Positions 11,030 through 22,975 of a stretch of DNA of 64,000 nucleotides are shown piece by piece. The stretch lies in assembly GCA_002104905.1 (NCBI GenBank), contig MCFE01000130.1, forward strand, positions 62,001-126,000. The letters run 5' to 3'. The DNA is from Basidiobolus meristosporus CBS 931.73. Lineage: Eukaryota > Fungi > Basidiobolomycota. How positions within the stretch are numbered: the stretch's first letter is position 1; every line of letters starts with the position of its first letter. The position numbers and the translations under genes are program-made. The notes beneath the pieces are model-generated. The model was given only the letters and a program-made list of their open reading frames with translations, ran no database searches and had not been told where the DNA came from.

Positions 11030-14000
11030 ACCAATTGCCTGTATATCACTCCATAACCTAATTTTTAAAATCGAACGTCACAATACTGCTATATTCTAAT
11101 TCAGCGACACCCTCAATCATGACTCTTTCACTGGTCAAATGTGAATTTTCCTGGAATTTAACCTTTTCAAAGTGTATATCACCCACCCAAATTAACTTCC
11201 TGTATGACTTAACTCCACCATACCCCTCCATCAGGGCATTGTTGCATATATCCATGTGTAATACGGCCTGTCTACTTCTGATGGCCTTCCCTCTCATCAT
11301 GAGTTTAGATACATCTTGCAAGTTTAAAATAACGTATTTCCCATCACATATCTACATATTCATTGTACACCATCAACTTTGTTGTAAGATTAATAAATCC
11401 TTTCGATATAGCGGATGCTTTGAATTGCCAATATCTTATTTACATTCCGACTGCGCTGCGTTGTCAGATATTAGATGCGATCGTCCTTCTGCATTGTAAG
11501 CTTTATATTTCAGCCACTATATCCTAATGGCGATACACAGATATGAGTGCCAACTTCTGTATCGTCAACTTGCCAAAGAAATGAACCTTGAGCTATTTAG
11601 TTTCAACAAGTTTGTTTTTTGTCATTGGTCTGAGTGTAAGCTTGTTTTGCTTGGAGAATATAAGAAGCATAGTGCTGGCTAGCCATTTCCTATATTCTGC
11701 GCATAATATGGGCTTTGAGCTGCATGCATGTAGTAGAGCTAGCAAATGTTGTCATACTAAATAGCTCACTTATAAAGTAAATCTTCAAGCAGCAAAGCTG
11801 CAAGTTAACATTATCCCTACATATAATCTTACATATATCCTACCTTTTCCCACCTCTGTGTTGGCCAAAGCCAATGTATTATGACTAGACTTGCTAATGA
11901 TACTGAGCCTGTGTATATATTAGAATGCCCCTTTCCTAACCAGTTTGCCAGCCTCACATTTGAGAATCACCATTGTTATTTTTTCATACTGATGTCTTCA
12001 AAGAGTAATGCTCTAAAGCAAAATATTTTCTGTGATAGGAAGCTCGAGGTATTCTGCAGCCATTTCAAACCAGGCAAGTTCTAGAGAGGTATTCTAGCCC
12101 ATTGGTAGATAGCTACTACCTTGAAGTACAGTAACCACACTACATAAATGGCCACCATTGAATTACACAAGCCTGTTTGAAGTATGATGAATTTGAGAAA
12201 TATCGCGGAGAGCCAATGCCGAAGCAACCAGGGAATATCGATTTGCTGTGGCCCGCTCATATTGTAGAGCTGTTCATGGATGAGGACAATAACTTTCAAT
12301 GCTTTGAGCTCTAAGCATCAGTATGGGTGCAAGCCTTCATGATAACACTTCCAACATTGGATTTTTCTGGAATCCCGCTATGGCGTAGGTATGACCCAAA
12401 CAAATCCATATTGATTCATGGTGGAGAAATCCTCATCAAATGATCAATCGGATTCAATCAAAGCACTCCATAGTTACTGAAAACTCCGATCCAATTATAT
12501 TTTGACTGATATTAAGTATTAAGTAACACGGGCGGGTAATCATCATTCGCCCAGGTAACTGAGGTCAAACGTGATGATCGTTACTTCCCGATGATGCGTT
12601 CAGACATCAAGCAATCCTTGGAAAAGCTGATCAAAAGCAGCCAAATCTGAGAGTCGAGCTCGTAGTGACGGGCACTGCAGCGCAATGAGAGTGCTCGCTC
12701 TTCGATTGAGGCTCCAACATTGTTAGTTATCGAATTTGTACCAGCCCACAGTGTCGCGTGCTATTCGTTCCTCGACCTACCTTGTTGTGATCAGGTAAAT
12801 CACCCACTCATTGTATTTACCTCTCTGGTTAGGTGGATTTTCCCAATGCCGCTTTACTGGATACCATATTCAAGTAGCTTCCTAAAAGATCACTATAATC
12901 TATCGCAATGTGGGAATCACCCATGTATTATATCATATTGCATCCGGTCCACGAGATTAGGAACCTTAATGTCAGCTTGACGGTCATTTGAAACCAAATT
13001 TCGCTTTGTTTTCCAGAAAGGAATCCGCGGCCAGATCCTCACGTGACTTGGATCGCCTAAACACTCTGGTGAATATTTTCTGGAGTCGATTTTCAATGAT
13101 TTCCAGGTTAAAGACAATGTTTCAGCGAATCAAGCTCACTCCGGATATACCACCAAAAGCACACATTACAATGGGTCCAAATTTAGGTATATTCAGAACC
13201 ATGCCAAAAGCAGCGACATTGTCGTCGGCTTTGACCTAAGAGATGGTATCTGAGATGAGATCGAGGCTATCCATTGGCGGAGACCGCCGCTCCATGCTAA
13301 TCAGCCCAACGTCACACAGTATCATTTGGGATGAAAGCAGTGGCTCGATAAACATAGCATCCAAGTGGTTCTTTAGTACCACTTCATGGGTGACACATAA
13401 ACAGGTCGAGCTTCTGGGTGACTCCCGTAGGATTAAACTGGACAGTCAAATTTGGACACATTGTCCAATCGTGTACAGATATAGAGATAATCTTAATACA
13501 GGTTTCAAGTGAATTCTCAAGAACATACCATGCGGTCGCAAGCTTCAACAAGACAATGACAATGACAATGCCCGCAAGGTCATATGAGCACAGGGGATAA
13601 AGTCCATTCTATCCATTTCGAGTTTGGTCAAAACTCGACCTAAAAGTCGCTCGAGTACCTCCAAGCAGGCCCAGAAAGTCAATGCAACTCCATGGTGCCG
13701 CCGATCTCTAGCATTTGCGCATGACATCCCATCCATCTGTGACCATGGGCTAAGGAGCTCAGCTGACTGTGGTTTGAATGCATAGGTAAGGTCTGCTACA
13801 CATCAGATTTGTCGATGATTATATGAAGCCTTCGACAAGTATCCAAGACCTATTGGCCATAGAAGCCATTGTGCTGTGAAAATATTCCCAACGCCGTTTT
13901 AAAACAAGACATATCTGAAAAAGGAGCAGTATCCAATTCTGTTGACTGGGTTGCCGTGGATTCGAATCGCTCCATTCGTCATTGGCAGAAAGCAAGGGGT

Positions 14001-15060
14001 TGGCATGATACTTGATTTATGAGAGCAGGATTACACAAGGCCGCTGGCTCGCTCAATAGAATTCTTGTGGAACCGCGGCGGGTTGAAGATTCCTCGAAGA
14101 AATTTAGCGAGTAGAGGGAATGCGAGAACTGCAAAATGGAGGAATTAATTTGGCAGGCGAGGGCCTAGCAATACGGACACGATCTGGAATTTCCGAATGG
14201 ATATCAAGATAGAATCGGAAATATACAAATCTCTTACTTGATCTCGAGAGATACTGGGCACACACGCAAGTAGCCATTGTGCATTTACTGCTCGCCATTT
14301 TCCAGAATTGGCCGCTGAACCAGACCCGTAGGCGGTATCATTACACCTCCGTTGATCACACACCAACAACACTAAACCATCTCAACTCAGGGCATGATTT
14401 CGTTAGCGCCTAAGGTGCCAAATTAGCATTCAAAAATTGACACACGGGACACGATAGTCATTGGGGTTCGGCTCCATGCTTGGCGATGATCATTGCGTGG
14501 AAATGGAATAACGTGATTCAAGCCCTAGGCTCTGACTAGACTCTCGCCAGTTTTAATGGCCGTGGCCCTGTGGTGGCTTGAGAGGTTGCGTCCATCTTTA
14601 GCCACGCTAGTGCCCTCTCTTTCATTCAAGAAGATGTAATGTAGGACGAATACAGGTCTGATGGAATGCTTTGATTTACTTGAATGCCAAAGATACGGGA
14701 GATATTGGGATGTTTTTCCAAAAATGATGCGCTCAATACTTATGCAAGTCGTCTTGGTTCTAGATCTGAGTGACCTCGCAGGTCAGATCTATGAAGTACA
14801 CGGAATGAGCTTATATCCAATGCAGAGGAGAGGGAATAATGATCGATAGAGTTCAAAGAAATAAAATTATGTGGATCAATGAAGATACAGGATGCAAAGA
14901 GACAAAGACGAAGTTGGGGCCGACTTCTAAAGCATCGATTAGGAGACGCCGGGTCAACGGCAGCTGCTAGTATGAGGATGCGGTTTCTTTTTTACACATG
15001 ATTAGTGCTTGGGTCGTATATATGCAGAATAACGTAGTAGACGTCGTGGGTCTTCCTTTT

Positions 15061-16314
15061 TTAGCTCTCGTCGTCAGATGGTGACCCGTGTCTGCAGGTC
15101 TTCTGGTGGCGCTTCATAGCGTCTTGTCTTCCAAATCCACGTCCACATTTTGCACATGAGTATGGCCGCCAGTTAAGGTGGGTTTGCGCATGTCGTCGTA
15201 GATCGTGGGCCCTGTTGAAGTATTTGCCGCACAGCTGGCACTGGAATGGCCGCTCGGGATTGTGGATACGGCTGTGAATATTCAGTGAATGCATGGTGGT
15301 GAATGTCTTTGTGCAGTCAGGGTGAGGGCATGGGAAGCTCAAGTCGTCGACTTGCGCTCCCTTGCACTGAGCGCCGGAGACCACAGATGAAGGATCATCA
15401 TTGGATTTTGTTCCATATGGGCAATTCTTTCTGATGGAGCGAGCGATAAGCCTCTTTGCCAGCGAGTCCGAAGAGGTGGATACAGTGTTCATGAGAGCCT
15501 CCGATGATGATTCCCATGAGATATATATGGTTTTGGGGGATTTTTTGGGAGTGGGCCCGGCAGCTGACAACAAGCGAGAGCTGGATTCATGATCCCTTTC
15601 TTTGGACGACTGATAATGCCCGGGCATGAGGAAGCTACTACCTATATCGTTCGAGGGGCGAGACTGATGCGCACCCCGAATTGGTGAGGAGGAATCGCCT
15701 TGTGGAAATTGGGATAGAGCAGGGTAACCTAAGGATGGGAAGCTGTCAAACTGACAGAAGGAAAGATTGTCATCATCTGGCCGATGATTGACGGATGCAT
15801 TGGAGTACAAGGCAGAGTATGTATCTTGGGCTACACTTGAGGGAAAGTTCATGAAATAGCTGTTCCCACCAATGGCTAGTGGGCAGCCTTCGGAGGGGCT
15901 GGGCAAATGCGTCAGATTGGGTGATGAGGGAACCGACTTGGAGCGTAGCTCCTGCTCCTCCTGCTCGTTGAGACCAGGGGTGTACCCATCGTTTAAAGAG
16001 ACTGGCCGCGCATATGTGGTGGAAAAAAAATAGTCCGGATCTCCGAGGAACGGGTAGGTGGCGAAGTAGCTTGATTCTGGCTGGTTGGTCATTTCCAGAG
16101 AGTGGTTTAATGAATTTTCCAAGCGTTTCAACCTCCCAGCGATGGGCCATTTTATATCTAAGCAATGCGGTCGACCACCAGTGTCAGGATCCATATTGGA
16201 CGGGATCATTGGCCAAATGAATAAAAAAGGAATTTCCAAATTCACCTGAAGCACTTGACCATCGAGATATTTTCTTGGTGTCTTAGGGACCCCTAGTTTA
16301 GTTTTGATACACAT
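15061..16314 (-). CDS. C2H2 zinc-finger transcription factor
   Basis: Three C-terminal fingers (CPHPDC..HSRIH; CQLC..HAQTH; CAKC..HQKTC) after a Ser/Pro-rich low-complexity region. The true ATG is probably downstream of 16314 (e.g. MDPD.. or MTNQPES..). Confidence 0.9.
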   Translation of the reverse strand: MCIKTKLGVPKTPRKYLDGQVLQVNLEIPFLFIWPMIPSNMDPDTGGRPHCLDIKWPIAGRLKRLENSLNHSLEMTNQPESSYFATYPFLGDPDYFFSTTYARPVSLNDGYTPGLNEQEEQELRSKSVPSSPNLTHLPSPSEGCPLAIGGNSYFMNFPSSVAQDTYSALYSNASVNHRPDDDNLSFCQFDSFPSLGYPALSQFPQGDSSSPIRGAHQSRPSNDIGSSFLMPGHYQSSKERDHESSSRLLSAAGPTPKKSPKTIYISWESSSEALMNTVSTSSDSLAKRLIARSIRKNCPYGTKSNDDPSSVVSGAQCKGAQVDDLSFPCPHPDCTKTFTTMHSLNIHSRIHNPERPFQCQLCGKYFNRAHDLRRHAQTHLNWRPYSCAKCGRGFGRQDAMKRHQKTCRHGSPSDDES

Positions 16315-18323
16315 TCAATGTGGAGATTGCTACCAATGCTGACAGGGTTTACCCACTTGTATATGCATTCTATTGGCCACAACGTCAACAGCTATTTCTA
16401 TAGTCACAGGCACTGACTCTATGGGGTGTGGGAACCAGTTGTGCACCACATGGCTACTATGTATACATTTCCCCGATGCAATATTTATTAAGGAATCACC
16501 CATGCAAATCGGGTTTTTCCTTTACACCATCTGGTATGCCGCTATTCTTTATCTAGTATCGAAAAAGCTCCATTCGGATGATACCTAGCTTAAGACTTTG
16601 TAACATTACTACGGATTAAGAAGGCAAGTGGGGCATTGGGAGTGTGAGTATACAACGTCAAGCCATTTACTAGCATCAATATCAAACGGAGTTGAGCTGG
16701 CTCATGGCTAATAGTTAGATTATAATACAAGCTGCACACGCATTGAGTTAAGATCCACTTCGTATAGGAATCCATTTATTTAAGACCTGCCCATTGTAGA
16801 CATTACGCTTCTGAATGGTAACTTGGCAAATCGGGGCTGGAGAAATTTGGGTTTGTAAACAGAAGTTACTGTGTATCTGGTCTAGACAGTACCATCGACA
16901 CAGTTGATGTCGAAATCTTCCCCTACGAGGAGCACGTAGGCCTGCCTTTAGCAGCAGCTGTCTGCTTGAATGTTCTACTGAAATGACTGTGGCTATGTTT
17001 TGTGTTGGGCACTAGCACTTTTCAAGCACTAGCAAATCGGTTTCCCCACTGTGGGAGGGAATATCACTATAAACAGCTGGTTCACCTATAATGGATGGCG
17101 AATGTACCTGCAGTCGTATTTAGAAGTACGTTCTGAGACATCAGATGATACTGTAGTTAGTGGGGGATGCATGAGGTATATACGAAAATACACAGTATCT
17201 ATCGTGCCTAGTAGATCAGGTATATCTAGATGTTCCAGCAATCTATACTCATGGCAGCAAGATGAAATACCCAACAAATGAACCGATGCGCAACCAAGCA
17301 GGTAACCTCGATGAAAAATTTATGGAAACATATTCCGCGAGTTTCCTTCGCGATAAAGGCCTTCAAATAAGTAACCAACCTCAGTTGTTTCGCTCCTTTC
17401 GTCTTCTACGGGGTATGTAGAGGAAGCATCGCGGCCAGGACACATACGCACAAGGATAACACTTGGAATGTATCCATTTTTTCTTGCTTCTCCGCTTTCT
17501 TTTCACTGTGGCGGCCGGGTTCCGGAATCAATGTTAGAGCAGAGTTCGACAACGAGTGGGGCACCTGGTTGATAGGTTTATCGGTTCTATAGTGAAAATC
17601 TGCGTGATCATGCATATGACTTTGTTGTGGGAGTTTCCGAAAAGCGCCATTGATCGCTGACGGGCACTGTATAAAATAGGAAGCATTGATGCACATTCTC
17701 AGAGAATTTTCATGGCTACTCTAAATCAATAAGTAACTGTTGATGTATATTGCGTCTATTACTGTCGGATATTCATTGCTGTTCTATCTTTCTATAATCT
17801 CATCATCTGATGAATGTGACCAAGACTGTAAGTTGGAAATTAACCGTGGAGCCTTTCACATCACATATGGTCCCTATAGCCATCAAAAATAAAAGCCCTT
17901 GACCATAGCTGGCCAATTACCTACATTTATTTAACACTTTATAAACAAATGTGTCCAATTGTCTTACTTCCATATCTGTTGAGTTTGCCCTGAATATAGT
18001 TAAACGCTTGTATATTTACTCAGCATACTACTAAAAGCAATCAATTGGAAGTAGACCTTACATAAGCTAATGTGCCTGGTTGGTAAATAATCATATTACT
18101 GAACTGATATAATGTGGTACCGGAAGCCTGGAAGTGATTTGGAGTATCTTAAAGAAGATGTGGGTTTATACACTCTCGCTTGTAATATCCACTACCAAAT
18201 TAATACCTGTGAGTAATCTGAACAGAAAGAGCTAGAGGAGTGTATGAAGGTCTGAAAAACTATTGCAAGCTATGAGATTCACTTTTCCGTGTCAAAGTTA
18301 ACCAACATCTTTGAGCTCCTCAG

Positions 18324-18671
18324 TGTTGCAATATTCTGAGGAGTATTGGAAATGATGTGGAGAACTAGAGGATTTACATGTTATTCACTTATAGATTTAT
18401 TAATTAAAAGTATGGTATTTATACTTTTGATAAAGTATAGCAAGCAAACGTGTAGAGTTTGTTAAGGAAGCTCCCAAGAATATGCGTGCAAAGTTAGGGG
18501 GCTTTTGGACAACTTTGAGAAAGATCATAATTTGGGTACCTGATAACTTGGTGAGATATTCTAAGTAAGTCCCAACAAGAAATTTGGTCAGGACAGAATG
18601 CTAATCAAAGAATAGGATCTATGTGACCAAGTTAGCATGAATATTTAGGTGACAAGTTAATAATTACAACA
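18324..18671 (-). mobile_element. Solo LTR, Copia LTR family B
   Basis: 348 bp, TGTTG...CAACA termini, 5-bp TSD CTCAG on both sides (18319-18323, 18672-18676). Reverse-complement homolog of the LTRs at 20209 and 29670. Confidence 0.9.
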
Positions 18672-19110
18672 CTCAGTATATTTGCCACAATTACTCTGTC
18701 ACAACTATCTAAGCAATATGCAACTTATTGAAAAAGCAATACTCTGTCACAGCAAACTCCTCTAAGCATGATATTGCTTTAACACTCCTCACACTGTAAA
18801 GCTCATGGTTGCAGCATACTTGCAACCATACTGATCAACATAGGTAATATTAATGAGCCCCAGGGCAATAGGACTCTTGGTAATACTTGAGGTAACCTTG
18901 GGACCTTCAGGGACTACAAGATGCCCATCTGTTATGGTATTAAAAACAGATATAATACTTCCATGCTAGTGACATCATTGCATCACTAATAGCAAGAACT
19001 CCATAAATATAAGCTTTTATTAAAGTACTTATACTGGCTTAATCACACAGGCTTCAGCTGACTGACCTCATAATTTCCAAAGCTTTTTACACTGATTTAT
19101 CTGATATACT

Positions 19111-19300
19111 TGTTATAAGAGTCTTGGAGATATTGGAAGTATTTGAGAGAACAAGTAGATAATGTGGCTTTCACTTAATGATTTATTGAATGTCAAAGTA
19201 GCTTTCATACTTTCACATGATCATGGCATTATCAACATGTAGGTTAGCTTTAGGAAGGTCCCAAGAACATATGTGCAAAGTTTGGGGCTGTTTGGACAAC
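19111..19300 (-). mobile_element. Truncated LTR, Copia LTR family A
   Basis: TGTTATAAGAGTCTTGGAGATATTGGAAGT... aligns with the first ~190 bp of the 22616 LTR, then breaks off into Gypsy integrase sequence. Confidence 0.8.
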
Positions 19301-19309
19301 CTTACAAAT

Positions 19310-20208
19310 TCTTCACCCTTTGAGTCCCATCCATTCAAACCTTCCTATGGGTCATATTGCAATTGATCTAGCAGGATCTTGCATCACTAGTGATGATGGT
19401 AATCACTAGCACTTTGTAATTGTGGATGTCTGCACATGCTATGTCTTCCTCAATGCTATCCCTGACAAGTATGCTGCCATTATTGCACAAGCACTGTTCA
19501 AGCTCTTCTGCCACTTTGCATTTCCCAAGGTCATTCAATTGGATAATGGAGCAGAATTTGTGAATCACATGATCAAAGTCCTTTGCAAGAACAGTGTCAC
19601 TGATCACTGTCTGATCACTCCATTTCATCCCAATGCTAATGGACTTGCTGAAAGACATGCTAGATCTCAGTGAATATCATCAGGAAATCTACTAAAGGTA
19701 TCATGAAGAATTGGAACAAGTACATTCCTACTGTAGAGTATGCTATCAACACCAAAATTGCTGCTCTACATGGATCAACACCATTGTCTTTGATGTTTAG
19801 AAGTAGATGTAACCATTTTGGGTACTACCAGAATATAATGCTAGCAAATTTGAATACAGACAAGCTAAAGAACTGACTTGAGTACCTTGACAACATAGTC
19901 TACCCTGCTATCAGTGCCAGAAGTGAAGCCTCACAATAAAAGATGACTTCAACAAAATTTGCCTCAAGATACAGGAACAGCAGCTTCCTTGATGGCTCCT
20001 ATGTCATGACACTAGCTTGAATACAGCAATCTAAGCTTGACCTCACATATAAAGGCCCTTTGAAGGCTGTCCAATGCAATACTGGAGGATCTTGTGTACT
20101 TCAAGACAACACTGGAGCACTGCTGCCCATGAACTTTCATCCTACTTCACTCAAGCTTATATCTCAAGACTCAGTAACTTCAAAATCCTTTGAAGTTGAA
20201 GCTATTGT
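19310..20208 (+). pseudogene. Ty3/Gypsy integrase relic with the start of a chromodomain
   Basis: [39 protein letters not shown] (DDE core), WNKYIPTVEYAINT..HGSTPLSLMF, ending KSFEVEAIV. Multiple stops and frameshifts. Confidence 0.85.
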
Positions 20209-20556
20209 TGTTGCAATTATTAAGTTGTCACCAAAATATTCATGCTAACTTAGTCACATAGACCTTATTCTTTGATTAGCATTTTGTCCTGGCCAAATTT
20301 CTCATCAGGATTTACTTAGAATATTTTCACCAAATTGTCAGGTACCCATATTCTTATTTTTCTCAAAGTTGTCCAAAAGACCCCAAACTTTGCACACATA
20401 TTCTTGGGACCTTTCTTAGCAAACTCTGCATGTTTTTTCTCTCTACTCCATCAAAAGTATAAATAACATACTTTAATCAATAAATTTATAAGTGAATAAC
20501 ATGTAAATCATCTAGTTCTCCACATCACTTCCAATACTCCTCAGAATATTGCAACA
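20209..20556 (+). repeat. 5' LTR of element B
   Basis: TGTTG...CAACA, 348 bp, immediately followed by the PBS. Confidence 0.9.
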
Positions 20557-21629
20557 GGTTATGAGCCCCAAGCTGCTGTCCTCTTGGTGTCTACTTTGCC
20601 TCGGATTCTTTTCTGCTAGTCTGGAGAAAGACTTTCTGCACTATTGCCCTGCCAAAGTTAAAGATGACTACTGCTGCTACAAGGACTATGTTCATGACAA
20701 TATTGCTGTGGAGAAGAAGGCCATGCCTTCAAAAGACTCATTCAGTAACTACTCAAGCTGGTTATGAAGAAGAGTCTATAAAGTTGACATGTAAATATGT
20801 CAAGAAATATAGTATGTTGGTGCTTGACCACTACTGAAGAAAATTGCGTGATTCCAGCAAATGAGGGTCCAGATCTACAATGAAAAATATTGCTATATGT
20901 ATTCATATGACCTCAATTGAGTGTTAGATGAGCTTTTGGATAGGATATTATCCTGAATTGCAGAAAAAATAGATCATCTTAGAATGATTGCTGGAGGAAG
21001 ATTTTACCAAATCTGTTGCCGCTCAAAACAAGGCTGAGAATGCAAATACTGGGGCTGTTAACCACCACTTTGGACTATCTATTGATGGAAAAAGATCTCA
21101 GAAACATGCTCCCTGAATTGTGAGGATCCCAATGATATATAATAAATATATATCCACCTGGAGTACAGATATGTACTACACAATCCATTGGAAGAATGCT
21201 ATAATTGTATCAAGTGTTTTGATACAGAAACCAATGTACCAGGAGCTAAATATGGAGCTGTTAGACATGCTATCTCTCTGTTTAAGTCTCAAAACAGTGG
21301 GAGAAAGTTTTATACAAATTTAGCAAAATCAACTCAAGAAGATTCTACCGCTAGCCAAAGGAGTGAAGCATATAATTGCAAGCCTGATTGGAGTATACAA
21401 CCAAGCAACAGTTGGTCAGTACACAGCTAAGAGCCACTCAGAAGATAACATAGTACTTTATACTTGTTATATATCTATCACTTATAAAGTGGGAGAAAAC
21501 ACTTGGTGATATTTAACTTCTCTGGATCAGATCAGAAGAATTTTGATTGATCAAATCACTGCCAAGCTCTGCAACTCAAGATATTGATATATTAGAGTCT
21601 GATACCAAAGTATTAATGAAGCTAGCTAT

Positions 21630-22365
21630 TAGACTTGTTCCGTTGGATAGTGCCACATTGAGCCATGAGTGCCAAATAGTGCCATAGTGTGCCTGAGAGT
21701 CATAGCAGACCTAAACTTGGCCACAGAGTGTGACATATAGTTATGCATGTTCATGCAAAGCAGCCCCTGTGTTTTACCTACTGTGCGGGAGAAAATCAAT
21801 TCTTTAACCTTTTTTTTGGGATCAAAACTGTGCATGATGTAAAAGAGCACAGACAGACTGAAGATATGCATCTGGTACATAATACCCATGGCACTCTAAA
21901 TCTAGCCCCACAGGCTTGTAGCATGTCACAAAAATGCATGGCACTATCTTGGTCCACTGGTACTATCTGGCATTATAAGTGCTTTGTATAGGTTCTACTT
22001 TAGGGCTAATATTTAAATATAGTGCCAGATAGTACCAGTGGACCAAGATACTGCCATGCATTTTTGTGACATGCTACAAGCCTGTGGGGCTAGATTTAGA
22101 GTGCCATGGGTATTATGTACCAGATGCATATCTTCAGTTTGTCTGTGCTCTTTTATGTCATGCGCAATTTTGATCCCAAAAAGAAGGTTAAAGAATTGAT
22201 TTTCTCCTGCACCGTAGGTGAAACACAGGGGCTGCTTTGCATGAACATGCATAACTATATGTCACACTTTGTGGCCAAGTTTAGGTCTGCTATGACTCTC
22301 AGGCACACTATTGCACTATTAGGCACTCATGGCTCAATGTGGCACTATCCAACGGAACAAGTCTA
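21630..22365. mobile_element. Foldback/MITE-like element: two 343-bp inverted arms with a 50-bp spacer
   Basis: Arm 21630-21972 is the reverse complement of arm 22023-22365 with ~13 mismatches (~96%). The outermost TA on each side could be a TA target duplication. Confidence 0.85.
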
Positions 22366-22975
22366 TAAATACAGATTGTTTAATCAAATTTGGTCAACTC
22401 TATCAAAAGTTATGACTGATCTAAGTGGATACCAATTTTGATTATTTCACTTTCAAATAGTCAGATATTCTGGAACAATGATGTCATGGAGACTCTTGTG
22501 CTCAAAAACACCATGGTCCCACCTGCAAGGAAGTCCAGAACCCCCCACAACAGGAATTATCCCGGGGTCATCAGCAGAAAAACATGAAAAATGGAAAAAT
22601 ACTACTATTGCAAACTGTTGTAAGAGTCTTGGAGATATTGGAAGTGATTGAGAGGACAAGTAGATTATGTGGTTTTCACTTAATGATTTATTGAATGTAA
22701 AAGTAGTATTTATACTATTACCTGGTCTTGGCATTACAAACCTGTAGAATAGGTTAAGGAAGGTCCTAAGAACATGTGTGCAAAGTTTGGGGCTGTTTGG
22801 ACAACTTTGAGAATTTTCATGTTCTGGGTACCTGGTATTTTGGTGAAAATATTCTAAGTAAATCCCAACAAGGAATTTTGGTCAGTATTCTCTAGGATTT
22901 AAAGGTGATGATCTAAGTGACTAAGTTAGGTGAATATTTAGGTGGAAATACAAATTTTACAACACTCCCACTCAG

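Noticed and set aside
16590-17700. Several 60-100 aa minus-strand ORFs with possible splice sites
   Set aside because: Alternative splicings gave no coherent protein; left unannotated.
21629-22441. Four ORFs forming two near-identical pairs on opposite strands
   Set aside because: They are a by-product of the 343-bp inverted repeat; no family motif, so not treated as genes or a toxin-antitoxin-like pair.
22453-22734. Repeated MPRPG..INTTFTFNK ORFs (also 30053-30352, 32034-32300, 33279-33641)
   Set aside because: These lie in copies of the family A LTR and run into unrelated flanks; not independent genes.
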